From Chiloscyllium plagiosum (lineage: Eukaryota): 64,000 bases of DNA. Below the pieces are notes generated by a model, which was not told the DNA's origin, did no database searches, and was given only the letters and a program-made list of their open reading frames with translations. Numbering within the stretch: the stretch's first letter is position 1; each line of letters starts with the position of its first letter. Where the stretch lies: the NCBI RefSeq assembly GCF_004010195.1, contig NC_057717.1, forward strand, positions 100,081,185 to 100,145,184, in the 5' to 3' direction. A program made the translations under genes and the position numbers. Of this stretch, positions 39,971-51,540 are shown one piece after another.

Positions 39971-42847
39971 ATATATTCCAGCTACTCACCGTTTTTTGGG
40001 TTTGAAATTAAGGCAGAAGTAAAACTAGCAGCAGGATTAACAGAGAGAAACCTTTGATCTGCCAACATGGTAGGATAGTGAAATAATATTTAAATTGCTA
40101 ATTTATAAATATGATCAAATATTTTACAAAGCTCATAGAAAGCAGAAGGATGGACCTATTAGTTATTACAGCTAAACTTTCATGTCAAAGAGAGAATAAA
40201 AGAGGCAAAAAAGTTATAAAGTACCAACTTGGTCAGAAGACAGATACACCCTGACTAAAATAATAAAAGTTTATTCTAATGCTAACTGAACTGCTGGCTG
40301 TCCCTAATATTTATTTCAGATTTTCAGTTACTTTCTTACATGATTACACTTTACTCAAGTGAAACAGGAACATTTGGAAAATAACATTTATGGCAAACTA
40401 TGTGAAACCACGCTCATTAAAAGGGACATGACACATTGTGTAGTCTGCTGAAAATTAAGTATTAATAAACACAGATCTAATGCAACTTTGAGTTACTGAT
40501 TCAACATCACCTACAGCACCAGTGCCATTTCTAACCAATGCCACTTCTAGGTGTTCAAAATTAGACCCATGGTCTGTTTACAGATACATTTGTAAACTGA
40601 AATCCAACTAAACTGGGAAATAAAATGACCCAAGTATCATATTATACAATATCACGTGACTTGGCTTATCTAACAAACACCAAAATAATTTTATATCAGG
40701 GTACAACAGAACTCCTTGAAGATGTAATTTTTAAAACTGAACATCGGAATATTGTTACCTAAGACAGCACCAATAGTAATTTTCAAACTAGCTTTGGTCT
40801 GAAAAGTCTTCTTGTAGTTGTACAACTTGTTGGGATAAGATAGTCAGATTTAATTATGCTAACACTGAGCTAATATTACTATCACTCACCCACAATCAAA
40901 CAACTAGAAATTGAATGTTTACTCCACAAGAGAATTTCTCTGTCAATGTGAAAAGGACATTTAAGCTCTGAAGATATAATTGTTCAGGAAAGTAATTTAA
41001 ACCAAAATTTCTGGAAATGAACCTATGCAGGAATCTATTTTAATAAAATATTAAGAGAAACGCATTATACAAGCGACCAAAAGGGCGACCTGAAGAACTG
41101 AGAATACAAAACTCATTTCCTCACATACACCAGTTCCCTCAATGAAATCAGAATTGGGATCAAGCAGTCTTCCTGTACAAGATTTTCAGAGACATGTTTT
41201 TAACCTTCAACTAATGAGAGGTCATCTGCTACAGAAACTAATTCCTCTTCTCATTTGTTCCTCAATCAACTGTAGTACTGTTGTTTATTCTCAAATTGAT
41301 AAAGTCCCAGAGTCTGACACTGCTCTTAGAGTCATACAGCATGTGCTTCTGTGAAAACAAAAATGAGCGCTGCATTCACACTTCAGTATGAATTGGTTGT
41401 GACTCCCAAGCTGAAATGAAGCTGTGCTGGGTCAATTGGGCACTGAATTTGGACTTCAAAAACAAGAGAGTAGATGCACTCTTAATTGTAGCACTAACAT
41501 TCTGATGTTACTATTCTCTTCCTCACCCATCCCAGCATCACACTAACAAGAATGGAGTGGCAGAACATACATTCTTTATTATTTTTACAAGAGCTTTTGA
41601 GTCATTACATGAAGTATTAGTGCTGGAGAATGGAACTGTGTTTCAGGAATTTAGTGTCAGCATCAAATGCTCCCAGATCCAGTGTTGGAGAGGTTTGACC
41701 AAAAAGGTCTCTTTCCAGCCTGGATTAATCTATCGCAGGTCAAAGATTAGAAGACATGCTGCGAGACTGATATGACATCTCTACTTCTTACACCGATCTC
41801 TCAGAGTCATGTTGCCAATTAGTATCATTTGGAACTGGTTGAGACTGCCTGACGCGTTTCTCATATGATTCTGACCATATCCAGTGGGAAAAAGATATTT
41901 TTGTCTCAACAATATGGGCCAGACCCCAAAAAGCCCAACACATTCTTTTTGCAGTAGAAATAAATATCTTGTCCAAGTGCTTACATTTCTAATATAAAAT
42001 ATCAGAATGTCATTGGACCACGTGAACCAGGATATCAAACATGCATTTTTACAACCAGAAGATTTTTTTTTCATTAAGTAAAATAAACTGAGAAGTCTCT
42101 CAAAGAGCACAAAAGGGAACTTTCAGATTTGCAACGAACAAAATCCATGGAACGGTGTAACATTCTCAATATCATCATGACAACAAAGGTAATAGAAGCA
42201 GTTCTGAGAGAAAAGTGGTTACGAGCTCCTCTACCAGCAACTATAATTATTTTATTTAAAAATTTAGGAAGCTTTACCAGGTTGTGGATGAGAGGTGTTG
42301 AGGATGTTGTCAGAGGCCCCTCTGCAGTAAATATTTAAGGCAATCTGACAAAGCACTAGTGTTGCAGTCTTTACATTGGAACGACAACTTGTAGTATGAA
42401 ATTTCACTCTGTTTCTTAATGGTGAGAGAAGCAATGGGAAAATGGCATTTAAATGTTCATATACAGGAACCACAAAGTTGGTGTACAAGTACAAAAGAGG
42501 AAATGGAAATACTAATACACTGTTTGCCTTTACATTATTCCGAATTCAGAAGTGAAGAAGTGGTACAGAGGGTAGACCAAACTTAGCTTCTTTATCTTGA
42601 AGACTGACCTATAATCTAAGTGTTTTAACATGAGATTCAATAAAACATATATGAACAATTGTTTCTATTAATCACATCCAGGCCAAGTGGACACAATTCT
42701 TTTTGCCATATGGCTGTGGTTGCTCAGTTATCAAGTTCATTTATGACAGATCAATGGAGTTTTGAATAGGAATTAAGAACTACTAGGACACTGAATAAGG
42801 TCAGTTGTAAGCTTTTAGAATTATAAAGCAGACTTAAAGGAGGTTGG

Positions 42848-42950
42848 CTTAGAGTGGTGCTGGAAAAGCACAGCAGTTCAGGCAGCATCCGAGGAGTAGG
42901 AAAATCGAGGTTTTGGGCAAAAGCCCTTCATCAGGAACACAGGCAGAGTG
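42848..42950 (-). mobile_element. Penelope terminal fragment with decayed hammerhead motif
   Basis: Reverse strand reads CTGATGA-A-GGGC-TTTT-GCCC-AAAA-CCTC; similar stub at ~23990-24050. Confidence 0.7.
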
Positions 42951-43004
42951 TAGACAGTAGTTTTCGAAAAATTGCTGAACTCTGAGGGGAGGGTTGAAAT
43001 CTGA

Positions 43005-43170
43005 ATTCCCAAGCTTTGTTAATGCCTGGGTTTAAAAAAAACCTTCTATCTCCTGAGCTTCGTTGATCTCTGAAGTAAAACAAAATTGATCTCCCGAGAT
43101 TTGTTAATTTACGTTTTTTAAAAACAATTTCGGCTGCTCGAACTTAGTTAATTTTCGGGTTTTTTAAAAG
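43005..43170. repeat. Degenerate ~43-bp tandem repeat, 4 copies
   Basis: Units resemble cccgagctttgttaat...ggttt(t)aaaa: cccaagctttgttaat, cctgagcttcgttgat, cccgagatttgttaat, ctcgaacttagttaat. Confidence 0.6.
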
Positions 43171-44109
43171 GAGTATATGACTTACTCCTTTACTACCACT
43201 ACTTATGTTCTTCAACCTCATTAACTTTATATTTAGTATCATTAATTTAAATTTAATGGATGTATTTTAAGAGATTTAGCATCCTTAGCAATAAAAAAGG
43301 TTCTTAAGAACACAAGGTCATACGGAAAATGACCAATTGTCCCTAAAGTAAGTCTGCCAGAGACACAATATTTGCAAACATATGAGAATTGCTTTAAAAT
43401 TCTTATGATTGAATGAGAGTAAGCAAAGATTTAATTTAAATAATGCTTCATGCTTAAATTCAAACAATTCTGGAAATGTACAGGTCAGCCAATATTTCAG
43501 AAGAAAAATGTGTATGTATTATGTTTCAAAATATCTTTGATTTTGATATCTTTGCGATGGCGTATATTCAGGAATTGGAGGCAACACACAAAGTCAGTAG
43601 TGAACCAATGATTCCAGTGTCCAATTAGAAAGTCCAGGTTACATTAAATTTCATCAATCTGTCCTCCAATTTTCAGAGATTTGAAAGTGCAAATCCCAAA
43701 ATTTTACTTTTCCCAAGCTCCCCGTAATTAGAGGCCACTTAATTTACAGTGTCTCTGCTTATTCAGTAAGGTTTAACATTTAATCTCAAGATTGGAACAT
43801 CATGTTAGAATACATAAAGTTACTATAATGAGGCTCAAAGTCTTGAATGCCCGACCCAACAGAGGAAACCCTACCCACTGGAATATCAGTGGCACAAGAT
43901 GTCAGTCCATCAATCCTTGCTGAGGGAGTCACATCTGCAAATCAAAAAACTTTGCCTTTTCAGATGATGACAGGGCTCTGTATTTTCAGATAAACAATTC
44001 TTAGCTGAGTTTTCTCTAAAAGCAAAAATTCAGAGCTCAGAATTTAATGACAAAAATTATACTTTGTTTCTTTTGTTTTAAAAATGTCCCACATCACTCT
44101 TATAGCCAG

Positions 44110-44620
44110 TGAATGAATCAATCTATAAATTCAGACAAGACAGGGGCAGCATACTTTTATGTAAAATAAAACTATACATATTGCCCCGAACATTGATGAA
44201 TGATGGAAGGAGTCAATCAGCAAATTCAAGCAAAAGAACTAGTCGTATTGTTTTGTAAAATTAAAGGGATGTACATACTGCACCTAACATAATAATGATG
44301 CAAGGAACCAATCTGTAAATTCAAGCAAGAGTGGGAGGAGTGGCAGGAGTATGATTTTTTTTAAAGTGTAAAATAGTGCATTGCCTCTAACATTGTTGAA
44401 TGAATGAAATAATCAAATCTGTAAACTTAGGCAAAAGAGCAGGTAGCATTATTTTGTAAAAGACTGTTGGCATTTCTCCTGACACTGTTGAAGGAAGGAA
44501 GGAATAAGTGTATAAACTCAGGCAACAGAACAGGGAGCATTGCTTTGTGAGAGTTATGACTGTACATATTGCTGCCAATACTGTTGAACGAAGGAAACAA
44601 TCTAATTTATGTCAAGATAG
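44110..44620. repeat. Degenerate ~95-bp tandem repeat, ~5.5 copies
   Basis: caatctgtaaattcaggcaaga...ttttgtaaa...acatattgc...aacattgttgaatgaaggaa recurs at ~44119, 44214, 44309, 44415, 44505 and 44598. Confidence 0.7.
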
Positions 44621-44745
44621 TGGATAACATTTCTTTTTCGTGGTGATGGGAGGGGAGGGCAATGAACTAACGGCATCTTTCACCAATTCCCCAGCCCTGC
44701 TCATTAACCAGGAGGCAAATTGAGAGCAAAATCTCTCGCTCTTAC

Positions 44746-45021
44746 AATATTCAGCACGCTTTTCTTCCTGTCGCTCTGGGCCTCAGCACTTTGCTCCTGG
44801 CCAGCGGCCACACTCCTCTTGCCTCCATTGTCTATGTCCCCGCCGCTCGGCGCGGCTCCCCCTTCGCTCCTCAGCCTCTCCTCCTCCATCTTCTTCTTGA
44901 AAAGTGCCATGAAGCTGCCATCGTTGGCGAAGGCGTTCACCCCTTTGCTCTCCGAGCCACCGTCCGCTTCGCTCGGCTCGGAGCTTCCAGAAACTTCGCG
45001 GTTCCTCCGCCTCTCCGCCAT
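44746..45021 (-). CDS. TRIR: TRIR coding exon 1
   Basis: MAERRR...GVNAFANDGSFMALFKKKMEEE...SVLNI; donor |gtaaga. The ATG is 2 nt from an N gap, so an upstream start cannot be excluded. Confidence 0.9.
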
Positions 45022-45712
45022 CTNNNNNNNNNNNNNGGGCGCCGGGGGCGGAGCGGGCGGGGGGGGGGGGGGGTGGTGTGTGTGTGCGTGTGTGGAAATG
45101 GGAGGGGAGAGGGTAAAAGACAGCCGCCAGAACGAATCTACACCCTCAAACACAAACAAATCACTGGCTCAACAAAAAAACGGGGCCAGCCGCCTCATTT
45201 TCCTCTCCAAAGAAGGTGTGGTCGAGGAACCCCCCCCCCGCCGCCGATATCTTGGATTAGGCGACAACTGCGCATGACCGAACTTTAAACCGCCCCAAAT
45301 ATTTCCCTTTCCTTCCCCCCCTCAGCCGAAACAAAAACAAATTTCAATGACCACGAATCGTAACATTTCAAATTTCATGATCAGTGAACGTGCAGCTGCC
45401 CGTTCTAAAAAAGGATATCGATTGAAATGTGGTACCGAACCAATCTGAACGCGTTTTACTAAAACGGCGTTGGACCAATCAGTGTCGAAGATGGAAGGTG
45501 GTGTGAAGGGGGCAATACGTGGAGTTTCGAGGCGCGGAATATCTCGAATGTGAGAAAAAATACCCTGGTCTTAACCCCGCTTTCGATGGCGTTAAAATAG
45601 CCCGCTCGTCAGATGATCGTGTTTTTAATTATTAACTACAAATAAGTTGAGAAGTTCGAGGTCGGGTGATTCATTCTCTCTATCAATCCTCGGTCACGTG
45701 GTACCTTCCGAG
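45022..45712. promoter_or_regulatory. Bidirectional CpG promoter shared by TRIR and GET3
   Basis: Divergent ATGs ~0.69 kb apart. CCAATC at ~45440 and ~45476, NRF1-like tgcgcatg ~45269, E-box gtcacgtgg ~45693; 13-N gap at 45024-45036. Confidence 0.85.
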
Positions 45713-45864
45713 ATGGCGGCGGCGGCGGCGACGATGGATGAGGAGTTCGAGGATGCCATAGACGTGGAGCCCCTGGAACCAACCCTGTCCAATATTATCG
45801 AGCAGAAGTCCCTCAAGTGGATCTTTGTGGGTGGGAAAGGAGGCGTGGGCAAAACCACGTGCAG
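45713..45864 (+). CDS. GET3: ATPase GET3 (ASNA1/TRC40), coding exon 1
   Basis: [25 protein letters not shown]...[16 protein letters not shown] with deviant Walker A motif; donor AG|gtaat. Confidence 0.96.
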
Positions 45865-48229
45865 GTAATAAGCGAGGAGAGACCACCTTTACCCACTAAC
45901 TTCAGCATGTTAGACCTTGTCTGTATTAACCTAAAAAGAGCTGCCTCTGGAGAAGGTGGGAAATGAACACGGGTCCTGGCTCAGTAAGCAGGGATACTAC
46001 CACTGTGCCATGAGTGCCCCAACTCCAATGAATTATACTTGTTACTGTGTTTACGAAGGTCTCCCTTTTTTTTTCTGCTGATGAGTGCAGTCAATGGCCA
46101 CGTTAACACGACACATTTAAAATCAGCAGGTGTTCCTCAGCACGGTGTCCGAGTTAAGTTTCATAGAGTCATTGATTCAGAAAGCATGGAAACAGGTTCA
46201 AAACTCTGTTAATCCCAGAGGATTAGCCAGGGAAGCACTATGCAGAGAACTGAGGGTGCTGAAGGTCTGAAACAAAAACAGAAATTGTTGAAGAAACTTA
46301 ACAAGTCTGGTAGTATCTGTGAAGAGAAGTAGAGTTAAAGGTTTGAATCCAGTGACCCTCCTTCAGCAAACACATTGTGGTGTGTACAGTTAAATTGGAG
46401 CTTTGGACAGTTGGGCTTAATGTGCTGCTCTGGAATATTTAATTATTCAGGTTTTTTTTAGAGACCTAAGGGGCAACCTTTTCACACAGAGAGTGGTGCA
46501 GGTATGGAATGAGCTGCCAGAGGAAGTGGTACAATTGCAACATTTAAGAGGCATTTGGATGGGTATATGAATAGGAAGGGTTTGGAGGGATATGGGTCAG
46601 GTGCTGGCTGGTGGGACTAGATTAGTCGGGATATCTGGGTCGGCTTGGATGGAAGGATCTGTTTCCATGCTATACGTCTCTCTGACTCTAATATACTTGC
46701 CAACATCACATCTGTCTATGCATAACTTTCATTTCACATAGGCAAAAGGAACTAGAGAAGACTATTCCCCTCAGACTTATTCCACCATTCAACCAGGTTA
46801 CAGTTGATCTTCTGCATCAGTCTCACTTTCTTGCATTATCTTCATGTCTTTTATGATCACGGATTGAAAATGAAGCAAAGGGAACAGGTTTAGACCATTC
46901 ACTTTCTTTTTGTGCTTTCTCAATCTTTCAAAGTGAATGTGGCTGATCTTCTATGCTGACTCAACTGTGTGACAATCTGTCAATCTCCGTTTTGAATATA
47001 GTCAAGGTGACTATATTCATGTTGAAGGCATGTTGAATTCCAAAAGTCAAGTTCCCCACAAGTGAAGAGCTTTCTCTGTCTAAAGTGGTTGCCTCCTTAT
47101 TGTGAGGTTATGCTACCTAGTTTTTGACTTTCCAACCAAGGATTGTAGAATGTTCACAGCATAGAAGGACATCGTTCCCACATCATGGTTACATTAGTTC
47201 TCTGAAGCACTAGTTGAATTAGTGTCCCTCTTCCACCCCCACCTTTTGTCCTTTAGCCCTGCGCATTCTTCCTTTTTTTTAATTAGGTAACCAATTACCT
47301 TTTTGTATGTCTTAATTGAACCTCTCTTCACCATATTAAGACAGTACATTGTAGATACTTGTCACTCACTATTAATGAGGCACAACTTCAGTATCCAATG
47401 CATAGAGTCCTGTGTGAGTAAATTTTTCTATTTTAATGAGATCATATCACTAAATGCAAAAGCAATACTGGCTTGTTCTAATGAAATCATTCAGTTGTGG
47501 CAACCTAAATATCAGCAATCAGTTTGTTGAGCCTTAGTTTCACTTCTTTGAAAGCAAGTGTGTCCTTCAAAGGGTACAGATGCCAAAGCTGTATTGAGTA
47601 TTCCTGGTGTGCTCTCTCTGGATCCCTTGAAAATAGCAGTAAAATACTTTTTTTGTAAAAGTAAAATGCAGTGGATGTTGGAGTTCTGAAAAATGAAGTG
47701 ATGGAGAAATTCAGGTCTGGTAACACTTGTGGTGTAAGGAATGGTGTCAATGTTTTGAGATCAATTCCTTCTTCCGTGGAAGAGTCCGATTGGGTTGCAA
47801 ATTTTAACAGTTTCTCTCACCTGAGATTCTGTCCGATCTGTGTTTCTTCAGTATTTTCTGTTTTTACATTCCTTTTTCTTGTACCGCCTTGCACTTAATA
47901 TTCTAAGTGCCTTCCAAACTGCCGAAACTTGTGACCAAATTTAATTGATTATTTTTTAATGTCATTCAATAGGGCATATTACTGGGAAAAAAACTTTTAT
48001 CCTTACAGATTTTGCTATCAGAGGGGTTTCTGTCAAATCTGGATTGGAAAAATTTTGTCTTTCTTTTATTAATAGTATACTTCTGAAAGAAATTTATGGG
48101 GTTGTGTAAAAGTAGACTTTAGTGTTTGTCCTACAGAAGGATGTGACCAGCTTTAAGGAATACCGGTTTCATCTTTTGTGTGGTGATTTGACAATAAAAG
48201 GACACTATAGTCATTTTTTCAAGGTTGCC

Positions 48230-49070
48230 CATAGAGAGTCATAGAAATGTACAGCATGGAAACAGACCGTTCGGTCCAAACCATCCGTGCCGACCAGATC
48301 TCCCAACCCAATCTGGTCCCACCTGCCAGCATCCGGCCCATATCCCTCCAAACCCTTCCTGTTCATATACCCATCCAAATGCCTCTTAAATGTTGCAATC
48401 GTACCAGCCTCCTCCACATCCTCTGGTAGCTCATTCCATACACGTACCACCCTCTGCTTGAAAAAATTGCCCCTTTGGTCTCTTTTATATCTTTCCCCTC
48501 TCACCCTAAACCTATGCCCTCTAGTTCTGGACTCTCCGACCCCATGAAAAAAGACTTTGTCTATTTATCCTATCCATGCCCCTCATAATTTTGTAAACCT
48601 CTATACGGTCACCCCTCAACCTCCGCTCCAGAGAAAACAGCCCCATTCTGTTCAGCCTCTCCCTGTAGCTCAGATCCTTCAACCCTGGCAACATCCTTTT
48701 AAATCTTTTCTGAACCCTTTCAAGTTTCACAACATCTTTCCGATAGGAAGGAGACCAGAATTGCACGCAATATTCCAACAGTGGCCTAACCAATGTCCTG
48801 TACAGCTGCAACATGACCTCCCAACTCCTGTACTCAATACTCTGACCAATAAAGGAAAGCATACGAAACGCCGCCTTCACTATCCTATCTACCTGCGATT
48901 CCACTTTCAAGGAGCTATGAACCTGCACTCCAAGATCTCTTTTGTTCAGCAACACTCCCTAGGACCTTTCCATTAAGTGTATAAGTCCTGCTAAGATTTG
49001 TTTTCCCAAAATGCTGCACCTCGCATTTATCTGAATTAAACTCCATCTGCCACTTCTCAGTCCATTGGCC
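48230..49070 (-). mobile_element. Young 5'-truncated CR1/HER1-type LINE
   Basis: ORFs 48521-48955 (RDLGVQVHSSLK...LYRTLVRPLLEYCVQFWSP..LERVQKRF) and 48211-48504 are the CR1 ORF2 C-terminus, followed by a 3' microsatellite-like tail. Confidence 0.92.
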
Positions 49071-49361
49071 GAGAATTAGAGGTCATGACGGTACGGTTTC
49101 AAGAAATATCAGCAGTGGAGTTAAGAAAAATCTCTCCAAATCAAATACACTTATGAACGTTGCAACTTGTACTGTTCTCATGTTCCATTTTGTTTTCCAC
49201 ATCACTGAGTATTGTGTTGTCTCAAACTGCAAACTACATGTGCCATGGGTGGGGGCAGAAGAAAGGTCGAGGTGGGAATGTCTCTTTCAAATTTTTGCCC
49301 TACTGACCACTTGTCATGTTTCAGAAGGTGGCATCTAATTTGTAATTTTTTTTCCAAACAG

Positions 49362-49509
49362 CTGTAGTTTGGCTGTGCAGTTGGCGGATGTTCGGGAGAG
49401 TGTGCTGATAATTTCCACAGACCCAGCTCATAACATCTCTGATGCATTTGATCAGAAATTCTCAAAAGTACCAACAAAAGTGAAAGGCTATGATAATCTG
49501 TTTGCTATG
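49362..49509 (+). CDS. GET3: GET3 coding exon 2
   Basis: [33 protein letters not shown] (switch I STDPAH); acag| and |gtgagt. Confidence 0.97.
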
Positions 49510-50755
49510 GTGAGTAAAAATACAAGCTGCGGAGAAGATAAATATGCAAATTAAATGTTTGTATATGTGGCTCAAATAATTTGCTTCTCACAGTGAGGTG
49601 TGTCAATAACTGATAATACAAATGTTGGTGGAATTGGGAATCCCATATGTAGCAGCAAGGAATGGTAAAAGGTTCTGCAGCGATTTCTAATGAGAGTGCA
49701 GTTAAATCTGTTGCAGAAGTTTAGATTGGTATATTTTGTGCTCTGTGCTGAGATGAGCCTGATGAAGCAATCCTTAACATTGCAGCCATCAAACCTATAA
49801 ACATGATGTTTCAGGTTGGGAGGAGTTTAAAAATAAGAATTTTTAATGTAGACATTTTTTTCTGATTTTCTCTTTAAGCTTTAAATAGTGACTTTACAAT
49901 CTCCCAATTGAGGGGTGTTGGCCTTATTTCTATGTATTTGCTTGTCATTAATAGTTCAGCTCATCTTATTTATATGCCATTTCCAGTTGTTATAGCCTTT
50001 GCCAAGAAAACCTAGTTAATATTTCAAATCTTGGCAGAACTCGAAATGTTAACTCTGTTTTCTCTCCACATATGCTGTCAGACCTGCTAATTTCTCCAAC
50101 AGTTTCTGGTTTTGCTTGTGTCAGATCTCCAACATCCGCAGTGCTTTATTTTATTAAATTATGTTCAAGATCCAGTTAGACATATGTGGCTAGACAAAGT
50201 ATACTATTTTGGAGAAGGCTAGCAAACTGCAGTCAAGAAACTGAACAGAATTTATATTTCTATATGTTAATTAGGGGATGTAAGTATAACTTATTACCCA
50301 TCCCTAATTATCCTTCAGAAAGTGGTGGTGAGCTGCTGCCTTGAACTGTTAAAATTCAGGTGTAGGTAAATCCACAATGCTTGTTAGTGAGCAAGTTACA
50401 AGATTATTGATGATGGCAGTTACCCCAATCTATCTTTCAAGTCAAAATCTTATCTTTTTTTATAAAGTGCCTTGGTGTATTTCTTGATGTTTAAAAATGC
50501 TGAAGAAGTTCAGATCATTGCCTTATGTTCAAACTACTCCTGCTTCATGCAACAATGAAAGGAAGTTATTGCAACTGTCAAAGGGGTAGATTGCTAATGG
50601 AATGAGAAAATAAGGTTAGAATTCTGGGAATAAAACATTTTCATTTACCTGCTGTATGAACAAGGGCCAAATTCAGTAGTTTCAAATCCTGCAGGAGCAT
50701 GGATTTAAAGATTAAACATGCAGAAACGTTGTGGCTTCTTCCTTTCCTCATGCAG

Positions 50756-50904
50756 GAAATTGACCCAAGTCTGGGAGTGGCGGAATTACCTGATGAATTT
50801 TTTGAGGAAGATAATATGCTGAGCATGGGTAAGAAGATGATGCAGGAAGCAATGAGCGCATTCCCTGGCATCGATGAAGCTATGAGCTATGCTGAAGTAA
50901 TGAG
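50756..50904 (+). CDS. GET3: GET3 coding exon 3
   Basis: [49 protein letters not shown]; gcag| and |gtaat. Confidence 0.97.
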
Positions 50905-50924
50905 GTAATGTGGGAGGGAACAGA

Positions 50925-51540
50925 ATTTATTGTTGTCGCATATGCCTAAGTACTGTGGAAAGTTCTGTTTTGCGTGCAGTACAGGCAGATTATAATATGC
51001 AAGGACATATTGATCAAAGGGTGTTTAGAGTGGGGCATACAAGGTTATGACTGCACAGGAGCTGCACGGAAGCAAGATCATCGTTTCAGTTTGAAATTAG
51101 AAAGTTCCATTCAGCAGTCTAATAACGGTGGGGAAGAAGCTGTTCTTGAACCTGTTAGGATGTTTGTTTAATCTTCTGTTTGAGACTGATAGTAGAGGTT
51201 GGAAGAGAGTATAACTGGTGTGGTAGGGGTCTTTGATGATGTTGGCCACCTTTCTGCAGCAACGAGAAGTGTATATGGAGTCCGAGGATGGGAGTTTGGC
51301 TTTCGTGATGGTCTAGGCTGTGTTCACAACTTTTTGTAGTTCTTACGGTCCTCAGCAGAGCAATTGCTGTAACAAGCCCTGATGCATCTGGACAGAATGC
51401 TTTCTATGGCGCATCTGTAAATGTTGGTGAGGTTCCTTGTGGAAATTCTGAATCTCCTTAGTCTCCTGAGGAGGAAGAGGTGTTGCTGTGGAGGACCAGG
51501 GCAGTTTGTTGATTATTGTCACTCCTAGGAACTTGATGCT
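50925..51540 (-). mobile_element. LINE 3' fragment, probably Rex1/Babar-like
   Basis: tttatt tail then ggggaagaagctgttcttgaacctg ... gaggaagaggtgttgctgtg resembling fish Rex1 antisense; recognition by eye. Confidence 0.5.

Noticed and set aside
44110-44620. Repeat array as CRISPR-like repeat-spacer structure
   Set aside because: Whole units are homologous and diverged with no unique spacers; eukaryotic intron, no cas genes.
44720-45288. 185-aa and 165-aa plus-strand ORFs
   Set aside because: Antisense shadows of the GC-rich TRIR exon 1 and promoter that read through an N gap; no recognisable protein.
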